Below, piece after piece: positions 35,754 to 49,947 of a stretch of DNA of 64,000 nt. The DNA comes from Octopus vulgaris (taxonomy: Eukaryota). The position numbers and the translations under genes were made by a program. Each line of letters starts with the position of its first letter. Positions within the stretch are counted from its first letter, which is position 1. The stretch is from the NCBI GenBank assembly GCA_951406725.2, contig OX597817.1:172794001-172858000 (forward strand), in the 5' to 3' direction. Under the pieces are notes generated by a model. The model searched no databases. It saw nothing but the letters and a program-made list of their open reading frames with translations, and was not told the origin of the DNA.

Positions 35754-36995
35754 CTACAAGAACAACGACAAAATAAAAAAAAAACAGGTTAAATAATTCC
35801 GGGATAATATAAAAGAAGGTCAGTTTGGGAACCTAATTGCCTTTATCATCTGTGTTGTGTTTTCATTAGTTAACAACTTGAATGTTAAATGATGGTAATG
35901 GTGAATCACTCGATCAACCCTTTTTTTCTCATATTGCATGAAAGTACTTATTGATAGAGGAAAGCAAAACGGATAGGAGTGAGACAGACAATTTTACGAG
36001 TGCATTCACTAACAAACCTTTTAAAAACCTAAGTAGTTGACTTGATGCATAGATTAGACAGTTTATTTTCCATGTCCTCAAATGATTAATAAGTGGCACT
36101 ACAAAGTGTGACTCACTACAAAACAAACATATATATTTCTCCTCTTTTGAGTGATGGTGATTGGAGATAGATAGTGATGAACATGCATAAAACTTTAGCA
36201 GAGTCTCAAGTACCACAAGTAAATTCTCACAGTTGTCACAAAATATTATATATCCTGTCTGACTAAGATTCTTTTAATGAAGTGTAATTAAAATGTCATT
36301 AAATGATACATTTTGAATTACAGACCTTTAAACCTTTTATTACCATATTTTCGTTGGCATAGCGACCTTTGTTTCAATTTTATTTTGAAAATAATTAAGA
36401 ATTTGGTGAAATGATTTAGACATTATTAAGAGAGTGTTTGGAACATAAATTAGCATGAAATTTTGATAGAAGACCACTTTAAAATAGTATGTTTGTAGCC
36501 TAGAACCACTGGAAGTCTTAGACAGCTGATGTCAAAAGGGTTAACTGGACGATGCTGATTTCTCTGAAACCTTTAAAAGATTTGTAGGTTTTGCCCTTGT
36601 ATCAGGTATTTATGGATTTGGCAAGGTTTGATTCACAGTTAAAACTGTTTCATTTCTTTTTTAGTAGTGTAAGAAAGACTCTGAATATTACAAATTTTCA
36701 TTGACTTTCAAGTATGTATGTAGAGAATACACTAGAAGGGCCTGCTGGTAACATATTTCATCAAGCACTTTATTTACTTTCTTCTGTTTGAAAAGGAGAT
36801 TCTTACCTGAAATATTATAGAACCATTAAACAGCCTATGTAAAGTAAGAACATCTTTTCTCTTTGTTTTCATTTATTGACATAATCTCACATATTTTACT
36901 GAACTCTTCACCTGCATTGCTCAAAAAACTTTTCCAACATTTATATCATTTACACTTATTGCAATACTCCGATCTATTAACACTACTCTTATGTA

Positions 36996-37512
36996 CCGTA
37001 AATCCTCGAGTATAGTCCGCTCTTGAGTATAATACGCAGGGGATATTTAGGGGGCTGTACCTCTGAAAAACCTAAACTTTGTGTATAATATATGCACCCC
37101 TTCTCTAACTTGAGTCAAGGAGGTCTGTATAACGTCCTTGGTTTGTAAAAATGTATACGGTAACATCCTTTATTATTATTATTGTATATATAACATAATG
37201 CAAACGTGTAGCTTTTTTGTGCATTTTGTTTGCAGAAAATAAAGAAATGACAGTAATAATGTTTAATAAATGTTGCTTACTGCAAGTTATGGATGATTCT
37301 TTTATGACTTCATTGCTTTCTGGCTTAGCTTAAGGTATTTTCACGTCTGACATCACAAAATGTGTCTGAATAAACATTATCGGACAGCAAATAGAGACTT
37401 GGACATTGCTTAGAAAATAATTTTCATTTTTAACCACGTATATAGTACGCACTAGGGATTTTGACCTTTAAATTTTGGGAAAAAAATGTGGATTATACTT
37501 GAGGATTTACGG
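36996..37512 (+). mobile_element. pogo/Tigger-like MITE, complete
   Basis: TIRs CCGTAAATCCTCGAGTATAGTCCGC and GTGGATTATACTTGAGGATTTACGG with TA on both sides. Confidence 0.85.
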
Positions 37513-38359
37513 TATTTAAGTTCTTTGGCTAAGTTAAAAAGAATTCATTACTTTCAATATTAACTTAACCAATACCAGAATAATACATTTATTTACATGA
37601 TTGTTTACATAAGTGTTTATAAACCTTGACTGATAACTGGGTCATTGCTGAAGTCTTTATCATTATAAAGTGTGTTAAATAAAAGTTAACCTGGCAGAGA
37701 AAACACCTCTCTTAAGTTGTTGGCATGACTAAATCTCATATACATTGAGCCAGTGAAGAAAAATAGTTCAGCTGAGAATTAAATCTGTGTTTATAAACCA
37801 ATTTACATTGCATATGTTGCACATTATTTAAAAAAGGTTAAACATAAAAGAAAAAAATACTGAAATTTTGCCAAAACATTAACATGTAAAATTATTAAGT
37901 TTTCCTTGTATATTTAAAGAAATAAATATTTAAATGTGTAAGAAACAAGGAAAATTAGTTTTAGAGTAAGTGAATGAATGGCCAAAGATATTAATCTGAA
38001 AAAAAAAAAAAAATTATGTTAATAAATTCTAACAATAAAGCAAAGATTTATAGACTGTTTTGCTAAGCCAAGGTTCCTTTCTACCTTTGCCAGTCTGTAT
38101 TCAGATGTGATTAGATCTTTGGCAGAAACCACAGATCTAATCAGTTAAAAATGATCATGAAGGAAGTTGGATAAAGATTGGTTTGACAAGTAGCCAAGTT
38201 CAAGTCAAAGGAGTTCTGAATAAGAGCTTCTTTTTGAAAATTTTCACCATAATGAGAGAAATAAGAAAACTAGATAAAATAAAATGAATAAACTTTCAAG
38301 GGGTTTCTCTTGAATAATTTAGAAGAACATAATAATAATAATGATGATGATGATGATAA

Positions 38360-38910
38360 TAATGCCCTGATGCAGTATCAGGCAATGGCTCTCGTGGCTT
38401 CTGAGCTTAACTGATTGGAAGTGTTATCATGTTCATCGTTTTGTCTTGGTATAAAAGATGGGCTACAGCAAATATTCTGCTCAATACCACAGATTTGCTT
38501 GTCAGTTGTTTGACCATAACCAGTTGGGTGGCTGACGATATGTGTATCTCTGATCATGAGCAGAAGTAGTGGGGGAGCATCATAGCTATGTGTTGAGAGG
38601 AATTCTTTGGATTTGAAAAAGTCACCTTTGGAAACATGGGTGTTTCATTCAACATCCTTAAACAACCCTTATCCAGGGACCTTTTGAGCAGGATGGGCTA
38701 CTCAACCTGAAGCAAATTCTAACTGGGCACCACCTGCAAGGTCATGTGCTGTTTATCTTGATACGAGATCACCCTGTTGCGCACATATGGTTGTGATGCA
38801 TGTGCCTGGTGTACCCTTATCAGACGGGTAGTCATAATGGGTATACTGAGCTTTGTATATTTTACCCCAGTGTCACTTTGATGCCATGCACTGCTCTCTC
38901 ACTCAATAAT
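38360..38910. mobile_element. Unclassified interspersed repeat in (TAA/TGA)n context
   Basis: An inverted partial copy lies at about 30765-30935. Confidence 0.6.
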
Positions 38911-38959
38911 ATTTATAATAATGATGTTTTTCTTCTTTTCTTTCTTTTTCACATAACTT

Positions 38960-39092
38960 AAATTTGTAAATGAACAATCTGCTGTGCATATTTCAATGGC
39001 CGATCAATGTACAGAGTGAGTTACTTTACCCTAGGCGCTGGAAAGACACTCGGTAAGAAATGTAAACAAAATTGAAAGAAGAAAATAAAAAA
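38960..39092 (+). mobile_element. R4/Dong-like 3' UTR fragment
   Basis: CCCTAGG...AAGACACTCGG.AAGAAATG...TTGAAAGAAGAAAA is shared with 24715-24780. Confidence 0.7.
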
Positions 39093-39434
39093 TTGTTTCT
39101 AGTACTGGTACAAGGTCAGCAACATGTTTTGCATAGTGGGTGGGGTTAGTTGACTAGTATATTTTTTTATTAACTCCAGATGGATGAAAAGCAATGTTAA
39201 CCATAGCAGGATTTAAACTCAGATGTAAAAACTCAGAACAAATACTACTCAGCAGTTTTCTGACATTCTAATAATCTAGTGTATATTTGTGTGTGTGTTG
39301 CGTAAGTATGTGCTATATACATATATATGTGTTTGTGTGTGTGTGTGTGTATCATCATCATGAACATGGTTTAACATCTGCCTTCCATACTGGCATGATA
39401 TATATATGTATACACACACACACACATATATATA

Positions 39435-39663
39435 CAAGGAGAAATCAAAAATTATCTGCACTTTCATCATAACATACCTTTATTATTGACTTACTGCCTT
39501 CCATGCATGCATACTCATTGTTGGTACTATTGTGGTCACATGATCGAAGTTCGATCACATGACCACAATAGTACCAACTATAAGCACACATGTGTGGATG
39601 GCAGTGTGACTATAATAAAGAGATGTTATGGCGAAAGTGTGGATAATTTTTGACTTCCCCACA
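39435..39663. mobile_element. Fully palindromic mariner-type MITE (about 229 bp)
   Basis: TA-flanked ends sharing TCAAAAATTATC; arms pair imperfectly all the way to the centre at about 39549. Confidence 0.8.
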
Positions 39664-40069
39664 TATATATACACACACACATACATACATACAACATATG
39701 TACACATATGCAAGTACATGCATACCTATTGGTAGATTTCATATTCATAATATATATATGTGTGTGTGTGTGTGTGTGCATGCATGTGTACATCTGTGTG
39801 TGTGTGTTTGCGTCTCCCTGTCTCAACATCGCACAATAATTATTAACAAACATCACTGTCAGACAAACAGTGTCCCTCGTTTCCAGTCTTCCATGGAGAA
39901 AACATGTCCAGCTATGAGGGGAAATATTACCATGCTTGGAAACAAATATGGGTTGGTGATAGGAAAGGCATCCACTCATAGAAAATCTGTCTCAACAAAA
40001 TTCTCTCCAATCTATGCAAGCACAGTAAAGTGTATATTAATTGTTTAACATTCAGATTACTCTGTCAAA

Positions 40070-40213
40070 TCATCATCATCATCGTTTAACGTCCGTTCTC
40101 CATGCTAGCATGGGTTGGACGGTTCGACCGGGGATCTGGGAAGCCAGAAGGCTGCACCAGGCTCCAGTCTTATCTGGCAATGTTTCTACAGCTGGATGCA
40201 CTTCCTAACGCCA
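40070..40213 (-). mobile_element. RTE-type 3' fragment
   Basis: (CAT)nCGTTTAACGTCCG family. Confidence 0.85.
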
Positions 40214-40559
40214 AAATATAATGCTTATTATATAATGCTTATTTATTCATATTGTATTGAATTAATTTTGTATCATGTTGTAACTTCAAGATTTCAAGTA
40301 TGCAATTGTAAGGTAGGTTTCAGAGGTCAGAACTAATCAGCTTGAACATAAAACAAATAAAAGATTTGGGTTGGATACAACCAGTTTAAATGCTAAAGGA
40401 TTAAATTGATGATGATACAGAAAGATATATTGGGTGAAAGTGTAATAATACGGAATAGGTTGTTAGGAGTTGTCCAAACAGAGGACTAATAAATTGTTGG
40501 GTATCTGGGATCTCTTGTCCATTACTATAAATGATGATGATAACAATATTTTAATATGT

Positions 40560-41046
40560 AGAGGCGGCCGTTGCCAGCACCGCCTCGACTGGCTTCTGTG
40601 CCGGTAGCACATAAAAAGCACCATCCAAACGTGGCCGATGTAGGCGCCGCCCCGACTGGCTTCTGTGTCGGTGGCACATAAAAAGCACCATCTGAACGTG
40701 GCCATTGCCAGCGCCACCTTGGCTGGCTTCCGTGCCGGTGGCACATAAAAATCTCCATCTGAACGTGGCCGTTGCCAGCGCCACCTTGGCTGGCTTCCGT
40801 GCCGGTGGCACGTTAAAAGCTCCAACCAATCGTGGCCGATGCCGGACCCCCCCTGGCACCTGTGCAGGTGGCACGTAAAAAGCACCCACTACACTCGCGG
40901 AGTGGTTGGCGTTAAGGAAGGGCATCCAGCTGTAGAAACTCTGCCAGATCGGACTGGAGCCTGGTGCAGCCCCTGGCTTCCCAGACCCCAGTCGAACCGT
41001 CCAACCCGTGCCAGAGCGGAAAACGGACATTAAACGATGATGATGA
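40560..41046 (+). mobile_element. RTE-type 3' fragment with about five 60-68 nt tandem units
   Basis: Repeated GTGCCGGTGGCACATAAAAAGCACCATC units and (GAT)n tail. Confidence 0.85.
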
Positions 41047-42961
41047 AGGCAATTAGTAGATAAAGGTGTGGATCATTAATATCTCTGGGAGAAAATGCTT
41101 GCTATGTTAGAGATTGTGAATCTTCATTAACTAATGACAAGTAGTTTTATTAAATTTTAACACATAATATATAACCACCAATATAAACATTGAGAGGAAG
41201 ATTTTAGATGGTCAATGAGCCTGTTAGAAATGGCAGCTAAATAGCTTTCAAATCACAGCCGACTGTCTTTATTTTAATTAATGTCCCTGTATTGTGATAA
41301 AAACCTCCAATGAATTTCAGCCCCCGACACACCACCTTCCAACCAGAGAAATCAGATCCCTGCACATTAATTAACTGGTGGGCAGTCATGACTATATTAA
41401 TTAACTGGTAGACAGTCATGATTGAAATGTCTTTGATTAAAGGTTTGCTCAATCAAGACTGATACAGGAAAAAAATAACAACAACCCTTTAGTAATTAAA
41501 CAAAAGATGAATATATTTCTGATGTATTTTTAAGAGAATCAATTACGAAATCTAATTATGCATATATGAAGATCTGTTTTAATGAGGTCCTACCCTTAAG
41601 TAGATTACTTCTTTAATTATTCTCATCCTAAATGTGAAATGTGTGTGTGTTTGAAATGAAATGCATGTACAATAGCATATCTCCCATGTGTATGTATGTT
41701 GATATGTCTTGTGAGTACAATGGATATCATATGCCATTATGTACTTTCACAAAGTGCAAGCATCCTCTTCAAATGGAAGAGAAAAAATCCAAAGAATTTT
41801 AGAAACAGAGAGTTAAGTGGAAACACTGAAGGACAATGACTACTTCAGTACAACATATTGATATCAATCCCTCTCTCTCTTCCTCTCACATACCCACACA
41901 CATGCATATGCATGTACGTGGCCTAGTGGTTAGGACGTTTCACTCACAATCACCAGATCATGGGACTGATTCCCAGACTGATTTTCCATTACTCTGTGGG
42001 TGAGAAAGTGGCAAAATCAATGGTATGTTGACAGAAATGCTTACAGTACATCTTATGGTCACTCTTTTACTCCTTTACACACTTCAGTCATTTGACTGTG
42101 GTACCGCCTTTAGTTGAAGAAAGCGACCCTAAGGACTTATTCTTTGTAAGACTAGTACTTATTCTATCGGTCTCTTTCACTGAACTGCTAAGTTTCAGAG
42201 ACATAAATGCACCAACATTGGATGTGAAGTGATAGTTGGGGGACAAACACAGACACACACACACATATATATATATATATAAATTTCAAATTACGATGAA
42301 CGTAAACAAATAAATGAAGTTTGCTTTAGAAGCGTTGAGATGTCTAGGAAAGTTCAGCCGCCGACACTTTTTTCTGCAAAATAGGGGTAGCTTATCCTGT
42401 TCAGGCTATATATATATATATATATATATATACAGGCTATATATATATTTACACACACACACACATTATGGACTTCTTTCAGTTTCCATCTACCAAATTC
42501 ACTCACAAGACCAACACACGTAGATATATACACAACAGTCTTCTTTCAGTTTCTGTCTTCAGATCCATTCACGAGGCTTTAGTAGAAGACACTTGCCCAA
42601 AGTGCCACACAGTGGGACTGAACCCAGAACCATGTGGCTAGGAAGCAAACTTCTTACCACACAGCCACGCCTGCGCCTATCTACATTCTGAATTCAAATC
42701 CCACTGGTCTGGAGAAGGTAATGAGAAACCAATATAGTAATCGTCACAAGTCTAGTCATAGCAGCTGAAGTTCCAGTAATCTACTCAATGGTGGCATGGG
42801 GGAGTACCAGCTCTCCTCTAGGTCATATAGAGAGTGCTGGAAGAAGTTCATATGCACAGGGCTTGTTAAAGGGCAGACCACCACTAGACTAGATATGCAT
42901 ATATGAATAAGCATATATGCATGCACAACTATGTATTTGCATGCATATGTACATACATACA

Positions 42962-43348
42962 TATATTATATTAAATTAGAGATAAAACCACTATTAGGCA
43001 AATCAAACAGTGAAAAACATAAGCCAATACATAAAATTAATTAAAAAATATAAAAGTTAAAAATAAAAAAATATTTAAATAATTTAAACTTATAAATTTT
43101 ATATATATATATACAAATATATATATATATATATGTATGTATATTTTTATATTTATATATAATTTTATTTATTAATTAATTAATTAATTAATTTATTTAT
43201 TTTTTATTTTTTTTATTAAATATCAAAAGTATTAAAAGTTTAATAAAAGATAAAGAGTAAATTTTTCAATTAATTTTATGTATTGGCTTATGTTTTTCAC
43301 TGTTTGATTTGCCTAATAGTGGTTTTATCTCTAATTTAATATAATATA
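42962..43348. repeat. About 81-bp perfect inverted repeat around an A/T-rich spacer
   Basis: 42962-43042 is the reverse complement of about 43268-43348. Confidence 0.9.
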
Positions 43349-43430
43349 ATATATTTATACTATAAAATTGGATTTAATCCTAAATCTCATTTTTCCCTGT
43401 AAGTTTGGATCTATTCCCTAATATTATTAT

Positions 43431-43467
<37 letters not shown>

Positions 43468-44100
43468 TGTCATTCACAATATATATATACACAGACAGAC
43501 GTACGTACATACGTACATACATACATGCATACATACACACATACATACTTCTTCATCTCCTCCTATCCATTTCCTTATCCGTTTTAGCATTAGTACTGTA
43601 TATTCTGCGAGCTGGCAGAAATGTTAGCACGCTGGGCGAAATGCTTAGCAGTATTTTGTCTGTCTGTACGTTCTGAGTTCAAATTCCACCAAGGTGGACT
43701 TTGCCTTTCATCCTTTCAGGATCAATAATTTATGTACCAGTTGTATTCTGGGGTCGATCTAATTGACTGGTCCCACCTCAAAAGTTTCAAGCCTTCTGCC
43801 TAGAATAGAAAAGAATAGTGTATATTGCCTGTCCATCATTTCAAGATTTTATTTCTATTTCTATCTTAATTTATGCTGCTTGTTTCCTCCCGTTATAAGC
43901 AAAACACAATGCTTGCCAAACGTATAATGTAAGAGCATACTTTTGATGCAAGCCTGCTGAAGTGCCAGTCCACTGTTTAAAAACCGCAAATATTACATAA
44001 CTTTTCACAAGCGGCATTAAAAACAGAGTTGGTACAGAAACAATTGTAACTGATCATCAAAGACATGATAAGCTCTTTCTCTGTCTTCTCATTTGGGTTT

Positions 44101-44147
<47 letters not shown>

Positions 44148-44148
<1 letters not shown>

Positions 44149-44653
44149 TGGGTTGTCCAGAAAGTTTGTGCCGATTTATAGTAGCTTACTTTTCGACTTA
44201 TTTTAGAACATGGTTGAGTCCATAAAATAGGATTTGACTACACCTCCATTTAGAGCACAGTTTAAGCTATCTTTTCATGGAAGGTTTATGTTCCTATAAC
44301 CTGTGTTAATTCTGTAACTCTTTAAAATGGAAGATAAGAAAGTTCATTTTTGGCACTTGATGCTTTGGGAACCAGACAAAAATTGCCCCACCCTCCATAT
44401 TCACCAGATATTGCTCCTTCGGATTTCCACTTATTCAGGTCTCTGCAGAATAGTCTTAATGAATTCCTTGATGAATTCTTTGCCATGAAACCACCTCAAT
44501 TCTGGGAAGAGGGTATTTTCAAGTTAAAGGAAAGATGGAGATGCATTGTGCAACAAAATGGTTCATATTTGGTTGATTAAAAATGTAATGGCAAGTATTT
44601 ATTGACCGTTTTCTTTCCTTTAAAAATCAGCACGAACTATCCGGACAACCCAA
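44148..44653 (+). mobile_element. Internally deleted mariner element
   Basis: TIRs TTGGGTTGTCCAGAAAGTTTGTGCCGATTT and AAATCAGCACGAACTATCCGGACAACCCAA in TA context; remnant PHPPYSPDIAPSDFHLFRSLQNSL...ERWRCIVQQNGSY. Confidence 0.9.
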
Positions 44654-46710
44654 TATATATAGGCATGTACAGTAAACATGTGTGTTTATAATATCTCTTA
44701 ATATTTGTTTCAGTTGGCAGACAGCAGACATACTGGAGCAAACAAAACTGATCAATGAAAAACAACTTAAAGTGACTCGTCTCAAGAATATGAACAACAA
44801 AAAGGAATAAAAGTGAAGCCTTGATATATTCCTTTCAATAGAAAAGTAAACAAATGCCATGTGGTAATTGTGACCAACTCAAGATGAAAGGAGGAGATAA
44901 TCTTAGGAATTAGGAATTCACTGCAAAAGCCATGGTATTAAACAAAAGATAGTCTTGATTGTTTAGTGATCAGAGGGTAGCTATGTACATGTTTCTGCAT
45001 CAATAGGTGTCATCAACACAACAGCTGTTCTACTTTGATTATAGCATATGTGAGACTTAAATATATATGCAAAGGGTAGAAAACCTTTACAGCCTAAAGT
45101 AATTTGTGTAATTTAAACAGAAATGAGCTAAAAAATCCATATTGGCAGCTATTTTAATTTCTGTCTGCTTTCCAATGTTTTAACTGTTTCTTCTACTTCA
45201 TATCATTAAATATACAAACACATATGTGGATATATGGACACAAAGATACATGCATGGGTACATAGGTGTGTATGCATATATAAATTAAGTAAATGGATTC
45301 ACACATATATAAAAGTGCACATGGAAATGTGCGTACAAAGATACATACAAACATATATACATACATATTTATATGCACACACACACACACACACCTATAT
45401 CAAGTTTCTTTAAAATTAATATTTATGTTGCAACTTAAATTGCATGCTGCTGCAATCTTTAGGTGAGAACAGTCACAACTTAGTGCAGTTTTTCAGACAT
45501 GCACACATGTAATGCACAAACACAAAGATACACTAATGTGTGTGTGTGTATATATATCATCATCATCATCATTTAGCATCCGTTTTCCATGCTAGCATGG
45601 GTTGGACGGTTCAACTGGGGTCTGTGAAGCCAGAAGGCTGCATCAGGCCCAGTCTGATCTGGCAGTGTTTCTACGGCTGGATGCCCTTCCTAACGCCAAT
45701 GTATATGTATATATATCCTAACCACTGGACCATGCAACTTCATGTGTGGAGTCATTTGAAAGCTAAAATTAAGTACTTGCCACTACAACTAAAAAGTTCT
45801 GCCCCAATAATTCATGTAAATTCTTGTTTACCGTTTATAATCATAGAAAAGTGGACTCAACAAGAAAAAGAACGAATCTTTATATTTGCATCAGGAATGA
45901 CTGTGGGATTAAGAAGTTTGTTTCCTAATGTCAAGATTGCAGGTTAAGTCCTGGTGCACAGCATCTTGGGCAAGTATCTTCTACTATAGGCCCAGGCCAA
46001 CCAATACCAATGATTTAAAGTCTTGTGAGCAGGTTTGGTAGAGAGAAACTCTAAGAAGCTCAGCAAGTGTGTGTGCGCGCACATGTGTGTGTGTGTGTAT
46101 GCACGCACGCGTGTGTGCATGTGTGTGTGCGTTCTTGTCTTGACGTTGTGTGATAGTTGCAAATGAGTCTCATTACGTAATAAAATTAGTGTCATTTGTT
46201 TCCAATCTCCTATGGAAACACATCTGGCTATCAGGAAATATTAACTTGCTTTTAAACAGGTGAAGGTTGGTGACAGGAAGGGCCCCCCAACCATAGAAAA
46301 TCTTCCCCAACAAATCCCATCTGACAAGCATCAAAAAGTGGACATTTAATGCTGCTGCTGCTGCTGATGATGATGATATAAAGTTATTTAAATTGAACTC
46401 TTTTCCTCACGACTTTTGTTTCATGCCACACAAACGTAAAGGCAAACTGTTGTTTTATGAATGGTTTTTATGGTTAAGACATTAGCTTTGCAACTTCATG
46501 GTTTCTGGTTTGATCTTAGGACAAAGCAGTTATAGCAAAGGTTTTCTAGTATAGGCTAAAGCTGAACTATGACTTTTGAATGAAATCTGATAGTTGGAAT
46601 CTACCAAGTGGAAGAATATTATGTCTGTGTTTATCTGTACATGGTGCATGTCTGTGTATATAAATAGCATGGAAGACCACTGTGTATGTATATGTGAGTG
46701 CATATATATA

Positions 46711-47090
46711 TACTCTTTTACTTGTTTCAGTCATTTGACTATGGCCATGCTGGAGCACCGCCTTCAGTCAAGTAAATCAACCCAATGACTTATTCTTTGT
46801 AAGCCTAGTACTTATTCTATCGGTCTTTATTGCCGAACCGCTAAGTTACGAAGATGTAAACACACTAGCATCGGTTGTCAAGCGATGTTTGGAGAACAAA
46901 CACAAACATACACACACACATATACAAACATACGACGGGCTTCTTTCAGTTTCCGTCTACTAAATCTACTCACAAGGCTTTGGTCGGCCCAAGGCTACAG
47001 TAGAAGACACTTGCCCAAGGTGCCACGCTGTGAGACTGAACCCGGAACAGTGTGGTTCATAAGCAAGCTACTTACCATACAGCTATTCCT
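46711..47090 (-). mobile_element. tRNA-derived SINE, near full length
   Basis: Reverse complement of 57503-57920. Confidence 0.85.
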
Positions 47091-48018
47091 ATATAAAATA
47101 TGTGAGCGCATATGTAGTGTGTGTATATGTGTGAGTATGTTTCTCTTTCCATGTGTCTTCACACTGATATTGCTTGACAGCAGGGATGTTTTGAAGTCAG
47201 TGCTTCCAACGTACAAAGACAAGTAGAATAAATCCTTTTACTTGAAAATAAGAGTTGGTTTCAAGAGGGCTATCTAACTGAAAAATACTGGTTCAAGAAA
47301 ACTCATCTAACTCATGCCAACAAGAAAAAAATGGATGTGAAAATGAGGATAATAATAGAATGAGTTCATTTTTTTTTTGTGTTTGGTTTTGTTTTTATTG
47401 GCCAAAACAACTCATGAATTGGTCAATGTAAAGTGGTATATAGGTGAATTATTCTAGAAAAAACAGGATATGATTATGTAGTAAACAAGCAGAGACAGAG
47501 CAACCACTGAATTGATGACATTACACCAATAACAAAAACAAAATGTAATTATAATGAACAGCTAATGATAATCTGAATAACAACAAAACCAACCAATAAA
47601 GAGTAGAAGAATCCACGAACTGGTAAGTGAAAAGGCAACAACTATGGTCAAAGCCTTAATAAACCTAATTTCATAAACTGGTCAAAGGAATCATCACACA
47701 CACACACACACAAACAAAATCCTATTTCAATTTAAATAAAAACAATTCTATAGTTTTGAGATGTGTAACTTATATTATAAATTATATTAATCAGACTGAT
47801 GTCATCTTGATTGTTGCTTTCACTACATTTTGGCTGTTGCATGTTGAAACATAGCGAAAGCAACAATCAACATGTGGTTACCAGTCTCAGAAATATAGAC
47901 AGAAAACATAAATAAAAATACCAAAAGAAGACAGTTCAGTTGATGTTTGCAGTGACCCAAGACCTGAGCTGTGAAAAAAAAAAAATTCAATATTGTCTAA
48001 GACACCATGTATTGAGTA

Positions 48019-48528
48019 CTGTAAATCTTCGAGTATAGTCCGCCCTTGAGTATAATACACAGGGGATTTGGTGGAGGGGCTGTCCCTCTGAAAAACCTAA
48101 ACCGTGTGTATAATACACACTCCTTCTCTAACTTGAGTCATGCGTAATTAAGCCAGCAGCACCTAGTCGAACATGCGTAATACAATAATGGCGATATTCT
48201 CAACTGTTATATGAGAATGAAAATATGCTTGCAAATTGTTTTTGTTACATGTTATTCTGTGTTCTGAATACTTTTATTTTAATAAATGTTGTTTACTGCA
48301 AGTTATGGATGATTCTTTTATGACTTCATTGCTTTCAGGCTTAGCTTAAGGTATTTTTGCGCCCAACATCACAAAATGCGTCTGAATAAACATTGCCGGA
48401 CAGCAAATAGAGACTCGGACATTGCTTAAAAAATATTTTTCATTTTTAACCTCGTATATAGTACGCACTAGGGATTTTGACCTTTAAATTTTGGGAAAAA
48501 AATGCGGATTATACTTGAGGATTTACAG
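48019..48528 (+). mobile_element. pogo/Tigger-like MITE, complete
   Basis: Same TIRs and TA flanks as 36996-37512, with a different middle section. Confidence 0.85.
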
Positions 48529-49900
48529 TACTCTTTGACAAGCTGTATCATTTGAATGTATGTGTGTGCTTCAATTCAGGGAAAATGCTGACTGCACTAA
48601 ACAGGTTTATATTTTCCCTACTGAATCTCCCCATCATCTTCAACATTGAAACTTGAACGTGTAATTGAGTTACTCATTTATTGTAGCTGGACCATGAAAA
48701 TTTGAAAACAAAAATAATCTCTGTTAAATAATGAATAATTGCAGCAGTTTACTTTCCAGCAGACAGCAGACCTCTCTGCTGTAACTCTGCCGAGCTATAT
48801 ATTTATTTTTTTACTATTTATTTCACACGCCAAGCCTAAAGTAACTCTAAACTTCAGAAAAGTGAGAGACTGCTATAATTTGATGCAAGAATTTACATTG
48901 CATACATAACAATATGCTGCACAATCAAATAATGTTGCTGTGAGCAAAGTAATATTCAAAAATAACATGCAATGGTTTCTATGTGAAATAACTAACATCA
49001 AAGTGGGAAAAATTTCCATCCAGGTGGTAGTAGGTAAATAGATTAGACACTAATTATTATGTTAAGTTATTAGTTTTCTTTTATTTCGTTACATGTGAGG
49101 GAGGTGATCTCAGGGAACTGAGGTTGGTATGCTTTTATTTTTGTGAATATTGGAAAACTATATATTATAGCCAAACAGCAAGCAGAAAAGTAGGATAAAG
49201 CAAATCAATGCCTGGAGTCTAATGCTTTGGAGTAAAAATATAAAATTCATTGAAACAGCATCTGATGAACATAAAGTATTTTTGTGATTTGATATCAGTG
49301 TAGCTCAGGTGTCAGTTCAAAGTGGCAATTCTTTGGGGTGGACTATTTCTATATGTATATATGTACAACACAAAGAGTGAGAGACTATCAGAATAATACC
49401 AGGATATTATTTCTTTATATAAAGAATAGTGCAGCAAGAGATTTGTTTGATTAAGCATTAATTAATTAATTGGTACTAAGGAAGTTATGAAAACAAAAGA
49501 CTACTAGGTGGTTACACATACACTTTGCATGTATTAAGTTGTACTTCTCTGAAGAATTGCCTTCTTCTGAATAATAAGAATGACCATCCAAGTATTAAGT
49601 TGCTTGACCTGAATTTGAAACACACAAATTTATAAAATGCTTTTGGATTAAACACAAAAACTGAAAGAAGGTATAACGACTTTACATACCAAAAAAAAAC
49701 AAACAAATAAAAACAAAAAACAATATCAAATGCAAAAACAAAAACAAATAAAAGACATTTCATTATGATTCTAAATTTGATTTTTTGCTTCCAGAAGAAT
49801 GAAATTATAAACAAACAAAATTTATTAATTAGAGAAAAATATGAGATAAGCATATTTTAATGATACATACATGAGTGTATATACATACATACATACATAC

Positions 49901-49947
<47 letters not shown>

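Noticed and set aside
40560-40890. CRISPR-like array of hairpin repeats with variable intervening sequence (also 14500-14780, 17800-18050, 22640-22870)
   Set aside because: Intervening parts are homologous to each other, the units sit in an RTE 3' UTR, there are no cas genes and the context is eukaryotic.
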